Source: Chloroflexota bacterium (GTDB lineage: Bacteria; Chloroflexota; Anaerolineae; B4-G1). From it: DNA of 64,000 bases. The translations under genes and the position numbers were made by a program. This document shows positions 36,244-46,400 of this stretch, piece by piece. Each line of letters begins with the position of its first letter. Position 1 is the first letter of the stretch. The notes under the pieces were generated by a model, which was given only the letters and a program-made list of their open reading frames with translations, was not told where the DNA came from and did not search any database. The stretch lies in assembly GCA_034189605.1 (NCBI GenBank), contig JAXHUO010000015.1, positions 8,321-72,320 of the forward strand, written 5' to 3'.

Positions 36244-38979
36244 ATGCCAATCACTCTTGCTCCTGCACAGACCAAAGTCGCTCGCCGCGAACGTTTTCTC
36301 CTCCTCATCGCTGCCGCCTTCCTCCTCGCTGGCACCCTCACCCTCGCAGCCCACGATTCTCCATTCTCCATTCTCCATTCTGCATTGGCCATTCTCTCAT
36401 TTATCATCTCTTTCGCCGTGGCTCACTTTTTTCTCTCTCGCTATCTCCCCCACCGTGACCCATTCCTGCTGCCTATGGCAGCGCTCCTGACCGGCTGGGG
36501 GCTCCTGCTCATCGGACGACTGGCGATCAATTTCCTCCTGCGCCAGGCCGCCTGGCTGCTCATATCCACTGCCGCACTCCTGGCCGTCGTTTGGCTGAGC
36601 CACAACCTGCGTTGGCTGCGCCGGTTCCGCTATACCTGGCTCTTTGGGGGGTTGGCGTTACTGGCGGCCACGCTCCTCTTCGGCGTCAATCCCTCTGGCT
36701 ACGGCCCGCGTCTCTGGTTGGGAGCCTGGGGTATCTACTTCCAGCCCTCGGAGCCGCTCAAACTCTTGCTGGTGGTCTACCTGGCCTCTTACCTGGCCGA
36801 GAAACGGGAATTGCTCGTCTCCGAGAGATGGAAAGTGGGACGCTGGCGTCTCCCCCCGTTGGCCTATGTCGGCCCGCTCCTGGCGATGCTCGGGCTGGCG
36901 ACGATACTCCTGGCCTGGCAGCAGGACCTGGGCGCGGCGATACTGTTTTTCTTCACCTTTCTGGCGATGCTCTACCTGGCAACCGGCCAGTGGGAATACA
37001 TCGCCACTGGGCTGGTGCTCTTCCTACTGGTGGGGCTGGCAGGCTACCGGATCTCCGGTCGGGTGGCGCTGCGGATAGATGGCTGGCTCAACCCCTGGCC
37101 GGAGGCGGCCGACCGTGCCTTTCAAATCGTGCAATCACTGCTGGCCTTTGGAACAGGGGGTGTTTTCGGACAGGGGTTGGGGTTGGGCCACCCTGGCTAC
37201 ATCCCTGCCGTGCACACTGACTTTGTCTTCGCCGCCATTGGGGAGGAGTTTGGCCTGGCGGGGACACTGGTCATCGTCGCGTTATACGGGGTGCTGGCTC
37301 TGCGCGGATTCCGCATCGCTGCCCGCGCCTCTCGCCCATTCGAGCGATTCCTGGCTGCGGGTCTCACTGCCGGGTTGGTCATCCAGGCCTGGGTCATCAT
37401 GGCCGGGAACGTAAAACTGGCCCCCATTGCTGGCGTGACTCTCCCCTTTGTCTCCTACGGTGGCAGTTCCCTCCTGACCTGTTTTATCACCCTTGCTCTT
37501 CTCCTCCGCATATCCAGTCCAACGTCCAATGTCCCTAGTCCAAAGTCCAAAGTCCGATACCCGACGTCGCCAGTTCCCTTGTCCCCTTGTCCCCTTGTTC
37601 TCCCCTATCCCCTTCTTCATCTGGCCTGCGCTCTCTCCCTGGCCCTGGCGTTACTGGCAGCCACCTGCGGCTACTGGGGCATCGTCCGCGCTAGTTACCT
37701 GCGCGGACGCGACGACGACCCCCGCCGTGTCCTCTACGAGCAGCACATTGTGCGGGGACGCATCCTGGACCGGGATGGAGCCGTGTTGGCCAACGTGGAT
37801 GTGGCTGGCGACGGGACCGTGACGCGCCACTATCCAATCCCGGAGGCTGCGCCGGCTGTCGGTTACGCCAGTCTGCGCTATGGCACCGGGGGTATCGAAG
37901 CGGCCCTAGACGCCGAACTGCGAGGGGAGGCCAACCGCAGCGATTGGCAGGCCACGTGGGATGAACTGCTTCACCGCCCACCCCACGGTCTTGATGTCCA
38001 ACTGACACTTGATGCAGCGCTGCAGGTGGAATCTCAGGAAGCGCTCGCAGGTCAGGCTGGGGGAGTCGTGCTGCTCGACGCTGCCACTGGCGAGATCCTG
38101 GCTTTGGCCTCAAGCCCCACCTTCGATCCGGCGCGCCTCGACGAGGAATGGGAGAGATTGAGTGAAGACCTATCCGCGCCGCTGGTTAACCGCGCTACGC
38201 AGGGTCTCTACCAGCCAGGGGCTGCCCTCCAGACCATTGTCCTGGCCGAGGCACTGAACGAGAGACTGGACAGTCTCTCAACCCCAATCACCAACGCGAC
38301 AGCGACGCTTAGCGTGAACGGCGCGCGGCTGGGCTGCAGCACGGCTCTCTCTGAGCCATACACGCTGGCCGATGCCTACGCTGCTGCTTGCCCGGCACCT
38401 TTCGCGGATTTGGGTGAGCGGTTAGGAGCCACTGGGCTGGTAGAGATGGTAGATCATTGGACACTCACCACTCCGCCCTCATTGGAGATCCCGACCGAGG
38501 CGGCCGACTGGAACGCGAAAGTGCTCTCGACCACGGCAGCAGTGCGGGCCGAGGCCATAGGTCAGGGGAGGCTGACTGTCTCACCACTACAGATGGCGCT
38601 GGTGGCAGGGGCGCTCGCCAATGAGGGACAAATGCCTGCTCCGCGTTTGGTGCTCCGTGTTCAAGATATGGAGGGAGGCTGGCGAGAACATAGTAGCGCC
38701 GCGTTATCCAGCACCGTCATCTCGCCGGCGATAGCCAAAAGTATGTTGGGTGCCTGGCCGGCATACGGTTCGACCACCTCCACCGCAGGCAGCTCAGACG
38801 TGATGGGGCACTATGGAGTGGCCATCGCGGGACAGAAACAAGAACCTCACGTCTGGTTCCTGGGTGTAGCACCGGCCAAAGCCCCGCGCTATGCCATCGC
38901 CGTGCTTATTGAGCGAGCCGCCGATCCTCAGCAGGCTGTCATAGTTGGCACGGCTCTGCTGCGAGCAGCGTCCCGGTAG
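36244..38979 (+). CDS. fusion protein: SEDS (FtsW/RodA) peptidoglycan polymerase plus class B PBP-like domain with degenerate transpeptidase motifs
   Basis: 911 aa. The SEDS part has FQPSEPLKLLLV, PAVHTDFVFAAIGEEFG and LPFVSYGGSSLL. A low-complexity linker spans ~37500-37620. The PBP part aligns with PbpA-type proteins, but SxxK reads AALQ, SxN reads ACP and KTG reads QKQ. Confidence 0.85.
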   Translation: MPITLAPAQTKVARRERFLLLIAAAFLLAGTLTLAAHDSPFSILHSALAILSFIISFAVAHFFLSRYLPHRDPFLLPMAALLTGWGLLLIGRLAINFLLRQAAWLLISTAALLAVVWLSHNLRWLRRFRYTWLFGGLALLAATLLFGVNPSGYGPRLWLGAWGIYFQPSEPLKLLLVVYLASYLAEKRELLVSERWKVGRWRLPPLAYVGPLLAMLGLATILLAWQQDLGAAILFFFTFLAMLYLATGQWEYIATGLVLFLLVGLAGYRISGRVALRIDGWLNPWPEAADRAFQIVQSLLAFGTGGVFGQGLGLGHPGYIPAVHTDFVFAAIGEEFGLAGTLVIVALYGVLALRGFRIAARASRPFERFLAAGLTAGLVIQAWVIMAGNVKLAPIAGVTLPFVSYGGSSLLTCFITLALLLRISSPTSNVPSPKSKVRYPTSPVPLSPCPLVLPYPLLHLACALSLALALLAATCGYWGIVRASYLRGRDDDPRRVLYEQHIVRGRILDRDGAVLANVDVAGDGTVTRHYPIPEAAPAVGYASLRYGTGGIEAALDAELRGEANRSDWQATWDELLHRPPHGLDVQLTLDAALQVESQEALAGQAGGVVLLDAATGEILALASSPTFDPARLDEEWERLSEDLSAPLVNRATQGLYQPGAALQTIVLAEALNERLDSLSTPITNATATLSVNGARLGCSTALSEPYTLADAYAAACPAPFADLGERLGATGLVEMVDHWTLTTPPSLEIPTEAADWNAKVLSTTAAVRAEAIGQGRLTVSPLQMALVAGALANEGQMPAPRLVLRVQDMEGGWREHSSAALSSTVISPAIAKSMLGAWPAYGSTTSTAGSSDVMGHYGVAIAGQKQEPHVWFLGVAPAKAPRYAIAVLIERAADPQQAVIVGTALLRAASR
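36356..36397. repeat. heptanucleotide tandem repeat, 6 units (42 nt), in-frame at the SEDS N-terminus
   Basis: Units are attctcc attctcc attctcc attctgc attggcc attctct. The tract encodes (D)SPFSILHSALAIL. Confidence 0.85.
37517..37600. repeat. heptanucleotide tandem repeat (6 units, 37517-37558) followed by an 8-nt TCCCCTTG-type repeat, forming the SEDS-PBP linker
   Basis: gtccaac gtccaat gtcccta gtccaaa gtccaaa gtccgat, then ...gttcccttg tccccttg tccccttg ttc. Together they encode SPTSNVPSPKSKVRYPTSPVPLSPCPLVL. Confidence 0.85.
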
Positions 38980-39115
38980 CGCACTCCGCCTGCCGGAGAG
39001 AAATGCAGCAGTGGTCTATGGGGCAAGTTGTGTCGGCGACGACAGAGCTTTATCGTGTGCAGATTATCTCCTCCCTGCGCGTAGTCGGCGCCGACGGTTG
39101 GGCTTTGCCAGATGG

Positions 39116-40306
39116 TTATCTGAGATCTTTCCTCAAGCGAAAAATACCCCAGATGAGCGGCAGGGTCAGGAGGTTCACCACGGCAAAGACTCCAAACATC
39201 CAACGGAAGCCGACGGCGTCTACTAACATTCCTGCTAACGGTGCGCCCAGGCCAATACCGATGTTGCCCACAGCCATGACGAAAGCGAACGTAAAGGCCG
39301 CGATGCGTGGATCGGAAAAGTCCATCCCTATGGCCATGTAGACCGTCTCATAGTAGCCAAAGGCCACGCCGAAGAGGAACACGACAGCCCAGGCAATCCA
39401 CGCTGAGGGGAGCGCGGCCAGCCCAAAGGTCACCACCGACGTGAGCAGCAGTGCCACCGTAAGGCTGGTCCGTCGCCCAATCCGGCTCATCAATGGCCCG
39501 CCGACCAGGCTGCCCACCACTGCGCCGATGCCAAAGACCGATGTGTATAATCCTACCTGGGCCAGTGCTACTCCTAGTATCTCATGAAGGAATGCGCCCA
39601 CCATCCCATTGGCGCTGTAGAGCGCCATCGGGTAGACTAACCCCAGCACAAGGAAGAGCACAAACGCCCGGTCAAAGAGGGAGCGGAACGCGGCGAGCGA
39701 GAATTCCTTCTCCGTTTGGTGCTCTCTTGGCTCTTGCACGGTGAGCGCCAGTGGTATGGCTAACAAGCCGAGCCCTCCGATGAGGATGAAAACCGCAGGC
39801 CATAGACCACGTTGTGAGAGAAAGCCGATGACTATCGCGATGATGACAGAACTCAGTGCTCGTCCACCGACCATAATGCCCTGAACCAGCCCACGCTCGT
39901 CCGCTGGCGTAGTGTCAATAGACAGCCCATCAATGCAGGTGTCGTAAGTGGACATGCCTAGGGCAGCCACCACGCAAATGCCGACGAGGAGGGGGAATTG
40001 GGTCACCGGGGAGATCAGGGGCATGAGCAGGAAGGCCAATGCTTGCAGTACAAGTCCCAAGACGATGTAAGGCTTGCGGTGGCCCAGGCCCGCTAGGTTG
40101 ACCCTGTCACTGAGTAAGCCGATAAATATCTTGAGTATAAAGGGAATAAGAGTGATCCCGCCTATGATCCCGATACGGGTAAAGGAAACGTCAAAGGTGC
40201 GCAGGTAAATCACGTTAAAGGTCGAGAAATAAGTCAGTACCATGCCTTCAACAAAGTAGGCGACGCCAAACAGTGCCAGGCGGCGAAAACGGTCGGTTGT
40301 GTTCAT
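39116..40306 (-). CDS. MFS transporter
   Basis: 12 predicted TM segments. I prefer the ATG at 40306 because AGGAGG lies 7 nt upstream of it; the track ORF starts 30 nt further up at a GTG. Confidence 0.8.
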   Translation of the reverse strand: MNTTDRFRRLALFGVAYFVEGMVLTYFSTFNVIYLRTFDVSFTRIGIIGGITLIPFILKIFIGLLSDRVNLAGLGHRKPYIVLGLVLQALAFLLMPLISPVTQFPLLVGICVVAALGMSTYDTCIDGLSIDTTPADERGLVQGIMVGGRALSSVIIAIVIGFLSQRGLWPAVFILIGGLGLLAIPLALTVQEPREHQTEKEFSLAAFRSLFDRAFVLFLVLGLVYPMALYSANGMVGAFLHEILGVALAQVGLYTSVFGIGAVVGSLVGGPLMSRIGRRTSLTVALLLTSVVTFGLAALPSAWIAWAVVFLFGVAFGYYETVYMAIGMDFSDPRIAAFTFAFVMAVGNIGIGLGAPLAGMLVDAVGFRWMFGVFAVVNLLTLPLIWGIFRLRKDLR

Positions 40307-40380
40307 ATTGTGTACCTCCTGAATTGTTGTTTGCACCGTGAGTCAGTGTACTACAAGTGACGCACGTTGCCAAGTGCTGC

Positions 40381-40409
40381 TTGCCAGCCGGAAGCCGATA
40401 GGGTACAAT
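40381..40409 (+). promoter_or_regulatory. candidate promoter (TTGCCA-17-TACAAT) for leuCD
   Basis: -35 at 40381-40386 and -10 at 40404-40409. A leader of about 25 nt contains a GAGGAG SD. Confidence 0.5.
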
Positions 40410-40440
40410 ACGGGTTACCAAATCGGTAGAGGAGATTGTG

Positions 40441-41694
40441 ATGGGTCATACGTTTGCCGAAAAGATTCTGGCACAAAAGGCCGGCTTTCCGGAAGTTGTA
40501 CCTGGGCAGATTGTCGAGGTCACGCCCGACGTGGCGCTCAGTCACGACAACACTGCCCCCATCGCGGGGATATTTCGCAAGATCGGCGTGAGGTGTGTGG
40601 CGCGTCCCGATATTCACGTCGTGGTGCTCGACCACGCCTGCCCGGCCCCCACGACGAAGCACGCGCAGAACCACAAGGCCATTCGCCAGTTTGTGTTGGA
40701 GCAAGAGATCGCTCACTTTTACGACGTGGGACGTGGGGTCTGTCACCAGGTTCTGGCTGAGGAAGGTTTCGCGCTGCCGGGGGCTCTAGTCCTTGGCTCT
40801 GATTCGCACACGCCTACCGCTGGGGCCTTCGGGGCCTTTGCGGCAGGCATCGGACGCAGCGAGATGGCGGCGATTATGGCGACGGCTCGCATTTGGTTGC
40901 GTGTGCCGGAGAGTCTCAAAATCGTCGTCCACGGACACCTGCGTGAAGGGGTCACCTCCAAGGACCTGGCCCTGCACGTTATCGGTGACCTGGGAGCCGA
41001 TGGTGGGCTCTATCAATCAGTCGAGTGGCATGGAGGGGGAGTGGAGTCGCTCGATATGGAGGCTCGGATGGTTATTCCCAACCTGATGGCGGAGATGGGC
41101 GCCAAGAATGGGTACATCCCGCCCGACGAGGTGACTTTCGCCTGGCTGGAGGGGCGGGCACAGCGACCCTACGGGCCGGTTTATCCCGACCAGGATGCGG
41201 AGTATGCCTGTGTGGTCGAGTATGATGCGGAAGCGATTGAGCCGGTGGTTGCCAGGCCGCACACGGTAGACAACGTCGCGCCGGTGTGGGAGGTGGCGGG
41301 GACGCGGGTTGACCAGGCATTTTTGGGCACCTGCACCAACGGGCGACTGGGTGACCTGGCGATGGCGGCACGGGTGTTAGAAGGGCGCAAGGTCGCACCA
41401 GGAGTGCGACTGATCGTCATTCCGGCTTCGTCGGAGGTGTACCTGGCGGCGCTCGACGCGGGATACCTGCACACCTTTGTCGAGGCAGGTGCGGTTATAG
41501 AGAGTCCTGGTTGTGGCCCGTGTATGGGCAATCACATGGGTGTTCCCGCTGAGGGAGAAGTCTCTATCAGCACCGCCAACCGCAACTTTCGTGGGCGGAT
41601 GGGCACCAAGGAAAGCGAGGTCTATCTAGCCAGCCCGCTGGTAGTGGCGGCGAGTTCTGTCGCTGGTGAGATTGTGCATCCAGAGGCCTTGTAG
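40441..41694 (+). CDS. leuC: 3-isopropylmalate dehydratase large subunit (type 2; homoaconitase-like also possible)
   Basis: ~417 aa. Aconitase-family Cys ligand motifs GTCTNGR and GCGPCMG. Confidence 0.9.
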   Translation: MGHTFAEKILAQKAGFPEVVPGQIVEVTPDVALSHDNTAPIAGIFRKIGVRCVARPDIHVVVLDHACPAPTTKHAQNHKAIRQFVLEQEIAHFYDVGRGVCHQVLAEEGFALPGALVLGSDSHTPTAGAFGAFAAGIGRSEMAAIMATARIWLRVPESLKIVVHGHLREGVTSKDLALHVIGDLGADGGLYQSVEWHGGGVESLDMEARMVIPNLMAEMGAKNGYIPPDEVTFAWLEGRAQRPYGPVYPDQDAEYACVVEYDAEAIEPVVARPHTVDNVAPVWEVAGTRVDQAFLGTCTNGRLGDLAMAARVLEGRKVAPGVRLIVIPASSEVYLAALDAGYLHTFVEAGAVIESPGCGPCMGNHMGVPAEGEVSISTANRNFRGRMGTKESEVYLASPLVVAASSVAGEIVHPEAL

Positions 41695-41703
41695 CGCATG
41701 GGC

Positions 41704-41766
41704 ATCGCGAAGCGCGGATAGCGAATCAGTAACTAGTGTGGAATCGGGATTCGCAGGTTCGCAAAT
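41704..41766. repeat. nine-heptad (63 nt) dyad-symmetric repeat element in the leuC-leuD spacer
   Basis: Units are atcgcga agcgcgg atagcga atcagta actagtg tggaatc gggattc gcaggtt cgcaaat. GCGAATC (41721-41727) is inverted as GATTCGC (41748-41754). Confidence 0.65.
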
Positions 41767-41788
41767 TTGGACTCTTTAGGAGAAACAT

Positions 41789-42286
41789 ATGTCTATCAAA
41801 GGGCGTGTCTGGAAATACGGTGACGATGTGAATACCGACGTTATCTTTCCTGGCAAGTACACCTATACCATCAGCGACCCGGCGGAGATGGGGGAACATG
41901 CGTTGGAGGACCTGGACCCCGAGTTCCGCTCGCAGGTGCAGCCGGGCGATGTGATCGTGGCGGGCAAAAACTTTGGCTGCGGCAGTTCCCGAGAGCAGGC
42001 GGTCACCTGCCTTGTGGCAAAGGGGGTTGGGGCAATCATCGCCAGGTCGTTCGCCCGCATATACTACCGCAATTGTATCAACAATGCCCTTCCGGTCATC
42101 ACCTGCCCGGAGGCGGTGGAGATACTGGAGAGCGGCGACGAGATCGAGGTGAACCTGGAGGCAGGGGAGATTAACAGCGCGAAGGGCACCTTCACCTTCC
42201 CACCGCTGCCGGATGCGGTGATGGGCATCTTTGCGGCTGGGGGACTGATTGCTTATACGCGAGAGAGGCTTGGGGTAGGGGAGTAG
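41789..42286 (+). CDS. leuD: 3-isopropylmalate dehydratase small subunit (type 2)
   Basis: 165 aa. GKNFGCGSSREQA motif. AGGAGA SD. Confidence 0.9.
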   Translation: MSIKGRVWKYGDDVNTDVIFPGKYTYTISDPAEMGEHALEDLDPEFRSQVQPGDVIVAGKNFGCGSSREQAVTCLVAKGVGAIIARSFARIYYRNCINNALPVITCPEAVEILESGDEIEVNLEAGEINSAKGTFTFPPLPDAVMGIFAAGGLIAYTRERLGVGE

Positions 42287-42293
42287 GGAGTAG

Positions 42294-43283
42294 ATGAGGC
42301 AGGGCGGCTGGTTGATGCGCGGACTGATCGTGCTGGCCCTGGCGACTGTTGTCGCGCTGGTGGTGCTGGTGCGCCCCCTTTCGGAGCATCCACTTCCAAC
42401 TGCCACGCCTGTGCTCATGCCCAGTCCCACCTTTACTCTCACTCCTGCGCTCACTGCCACACCCACATCCGCTCCAACTTCCATTCCCACTTTCACTCTC
42501 ACTCCTACCTTTATACCCACTCCCACTTTTACTCCAACGCCAACGTGTACCGAGATTCTGGGCAGGGTAGAGCAGCGCACCTACTTTAGCCAGACGACCG
42601 GGGATGAGCAACCCTATCGCATCTACTTGCCGCCCTGTTATGACCAGGTTGACCGGCGCTATCCTGTGCTCTATCTGCTCCACGGCTGGCCCTACGACGA
42701 GGCCCACTGGGATAGCCTGGGAGCCGATGAGGCTGCCGAACTCGGCATCGGGGCCGGGACATTGCCTTCATTCATCATTGTCCTGCCAGGGGGAAGCGAG
42801 AGGCTGTACATCAACACCTGCGGCGGTGACCACTCCTTTGAAGAACAGGTTGTAAAAGATATTATTCCCCACGTGGATGGGGTACACCGCACCTGGGCAG
42901 AGCGGGAGGGACGGGCTATCGGCGGCGTGTCACGGGGCGGGGTCTGGGCTTTGGAGATAGGCTTCCGCCATCCTGATCTCTTTGCAGCGGTAGGGGCGCA
43001 CAGCCCGGCTCTCTCGGTAAACATGGCCGCGCCAGCCTGCGATCCGTTTTATCTTTTGGAGGAGCCCGGTGTGGCAGCGTTGCACATCTACCTGGATGCT
43101 GGCGATGCAGACTGGGCGCGGAAGTCTACCCAGGCGCTACACGAGGCGTTGGAGGTATTGGGCATAGCCCACGACTATGTCGTGCACTCCGGTGGTCACG
43201 AGAGTGGTTTATGGACGGCGAACCTCGCCGAGTACCTGGCCTTCTATGCTAGCAGGTGGCCTATGGATGGCGTACCGCCGTAA
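42294..43283 (+). CDS. secreted/anchored alpha/beta-hydrolase, esterase-D-like
   Basis: 329 aa. Signal anchor, Pro/Thr linker, YPVLYLLHGW and GGVSRGG (GxSxG) motifs. Confidence 0.65.
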   Translation: MRQGGWLMRGLIVLALATVVALVVLVRPLSEHPLPTATPVLMPSPTFTLTPALTATPTSAPTSIPTFTLTPTFIPTPTFTPTPTCTEILGRVEQRTYFSQTTGDEQPYRIYLPPCYDQVDRRYPVLYLLHGWPYDEAHWDSLGADEAAELGIGAGTLPSFIIVLPGGSERLYINTCGGDHSFEEQVVKDIIPHVDGVHRTWAEREGRAIGGVSRGGVWALEIGFRHPDLFAAVGAHSPALSVNMAAPACDPFYLLEEPGVAALHIYLDAGDADWARKSTQALHEALEVLGIAHDYVVHSGGHESGLWTANLAEYLAFYASRWPMDGVPP

Positions 43284-43451
43284 ACGGTGGAAGCAGGTTG
43301 CAAAAACAGGATCTTTTTTAACCGCCCCTGGGAACGAGTTGCGGTATCCAGATACATAGTGTCCGGTAATGAAGCTGGGAGCACACCTAACTGTGGCCTG
43401 CAATGGACGGACAGCGAGAGAGTATCTTATGAACCAGAAGGATGAGCGGTT

Positions 43452-46400
43452 ATGAACGGTATTTTGCGTATCCTTATCCTTGGCGACACCTCAGAATGGC
43501 GCACCCTGGGCATGCCTGAACTGGACTGGGAGATTCCTGATTTCCAGGTGCAGCAGATTACTGAAGCGAAAGGCTTTGCCCAGGCTCTGGAGGGAGGCAA
43601 TTTCGACCTGGTGATCGCCGATTGCCGGCTACAGTGGGCGGACGGCATGGAAGTCATACGCATGGTCGTATCCCGCTGGCCCGAGTGCCCAGTGATTATG
43701 CTCGCGGATACCAGCACTGAGGAGATCGCCGCGGAGGCGATACAGGCTGGGTTGGTGGACGACTATGTCATCAAATCGCCTGAGCACTTTGCTCGCCTAC
43801 CGGTCGTGGCCTTGTTAACCCTGCAGCGGGCACGGCAGCGTCAATCATTGAAGGAGGCCAATGCCCGCTACCGGAGTTTGTTTGATGGTGTGCCTGTGGC
43901 CCTCTACCGGACCACGCCGGATGGAAAGGCTCTGGACGCTAACCTTACCCTGGTGCAGATGCTGGGTTACCCCAACCGGGAGTCACTGCTGGCGGTCAGC
44001 GCATCCGACGTGTATGTGAACCCTGAGGATCGCCAGCGATGGCAGGCTCTGATGGATCGCGAGGGGGTCGTGCGCGACTTTGAGATGCAATTGCGCCAGT
44101 GTGACGGAACGGTCATCTGGGTGCGGGATAGCGCCCACACTGTCTGTGATTCCGATGGTCAGGTGTTGTACTACGAGGGCTTTATGGAGGACATCACCGC
44201 GCGCAGGCGAGTGGAGGAAAAAGAAAGACAGTACATCCATGACCTGGCGCGTCTGTCAAAAAGTGCAATGGAGTTTGTTGATCTTCCACCTGAGGAGGAC
44301 ATCTACTGGTTCATAGGAAACTGTCTAAAAGAAATCGTGGGCGACGCTATTGTCATTGTCAGTTCGTTCGACGTGGCGTCGGACACTTTTTGTGTCCGTG
44401 CGGTCTCAGGGATTGAGGGGCGGATTGAGGTGCTCATTGAGATACTGGGGAGCGACCTCGTTGGGAGATCATTTGTGGTAGGGGGTAAAGTAAAGCCCGC
44501 CCCCACCGCTGGCAGGCTGGTAGAAATCCCTTGGGACCTGTACGAGTTTTCTTCCAGGCGAGTACCAAAGGGTGTCTGCCAGGTGCTTGAGAGAGTCTTT
44601 AACCTGGGCGACATATATGTGATGGGGTTTTTCAGGAAAGGGGAACTGTTTGGCAGCGCTGTTATCATGATGCATAGGGGCGCTGAACTGAAGAATCCAG
44701 GCATCGTAGAGACATTCATAAACCAGGCGTCGGTTGCCCTGCAGCGCAAGCAGGCGGAGGAGAGCCTGCGCCGCGAGCGCGACTTTTCCCAAAACATCAT
44801 TGAGACTACCCCAGCGCTGGTCGTGATGCTGGATGCCGGTGGACGCATCACCATGCTCAATCGGGCGTGTGAGGAACTCACAGGTTATACCGCAGCCGAA
44901 GCGATCGGACAGGAGATATCCAAGTTCCTGATCCCCGCACGGTTTGTCCAGGATGAGCATAAAGTCTTCTCCAGCCTGCAGGCTGGTGTGCCGCCCGGTA
45001 ACTATGAAATTCCATTACTCACCAGAGATGGCAATGAGCGCTGGATTACCTGGACCTATGCCGACGTCAAGGATGAGGCTGGGAATGTGACCTCGATCGT
45101 CGGCATCGGCGTTGATGTGACAGACTTTCGGCGTGTGCAGCAGGCCTTGGAGCGACGCAACCGCGAGCTGCAGGCTTTGGTGGAGGCAGGGCAGTTGCTC
45201 TCGGGTACGTTGAATCTAGACCAAGTATTGGATCGCCTGCTTGATGTAGTACAAAAGCAGTTCAATATGGCTAGCGTATCCTTCTCATCCTATGACCCTG
45301 ACCGGCAGATGTTTGAGATTCGGGCGCAGCGCTATGATGCCCCAGAGCACCAGGTTGGACGGATAGGTGATCGCCGCACGCGGGATCAGCATCCATATTC
45401 GAGCCGGGCCTTGGATACTGGCCAACCGGTCTATGAGCCCGACCTGTGGAATGCCCCCCACATCTCCGAGGAGAAACAGGCCGAAGCACGGGGGAAGAAC
45501 ATCCGCAGTGTCGTGGAAGTGCCATTGATTGCCAAGAGTCAGCCAGTGGGTGTGCTGCACCTGCGTTCTTTCGAGACCCCGCGTTTCTTCACTGAGGAGG
45601 AACTTGCTTTCGCCCGCGCCATTGCGCCGGGAGCGGCTGCCGCGATAGACAATGCTCGGTTGTACAGGCGATTGGAGCAGCGAATACAGGAGATCAGTAC
45701 CCTCTATCACGCCGGACAGGTGCTTACAGGCGTGATTGACATGGAGCGGTTGCTTCACTTTGTGATCGAGGCGGCCGTTGGTGTGCTCCCGAGTGCAGAG
45801 AAGGGCACCATTCAACTCTATGATAGGGAGAGCGATATGCTGGTGGCCCGGGCTGGGATAGGGTATTCCGAACAGGAGTTGGCCCAGATGCGTTTCTTGC
45901 CTGATGCCAGCGTCGCTGGTCAGTGTTTTACCACTGCCAAGCCTTGGGTAGTGGACGACACCACCGATGATCCCTATTTCCAGCACGTAGGCCCACCGGT
46001 GGTAGGTAGGATTCGCTCAATGGTAGCCGTGCCTTTGGTGAGCAAAGGCCGTTCTATTGGTGTGTTTTGTGTGGATAATCTCTCCACCACGAGTGCATTT
46101 GCTGCCGATGCTGTGCGTGTGCTGAGCACCCTGGCGGCCCAGGCTGCTGCGGCGATTGAGGCGGCCCGCCTGTTCACGGAGGTAGATGCCGCGCGCGCAC
46201 GGGCTGAAGGACTGGCCGCGCGGGTGGTACAGGCTCAGGAAGATGAACGTCGGCGTATTGCCCGTGAACTGCACGATGAGGTGGGGCAGTTACTGACCGG
46301 TGCCAAACTCAGTCAGGAGATGTTGGTGGCGGACTTGCCTGCTGAACTGGCAGAGTTACGAGAGCGGGCGCTCGAAAACGTGGACTTGATTGACGAGACG

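Noticed and set aside
42400-42545. Repetitive Pro/Thr-coding DNA in the esterase. A similar tract lies at 49790-49905 in the lytic transglycosylase.
   Set aside because: These are ordinary PT-rich linkers following signal peptides of secreted proteins. The periodicity follows codons (3/6/9 nt), not 7 nt, so I do not count them in the heptad family.
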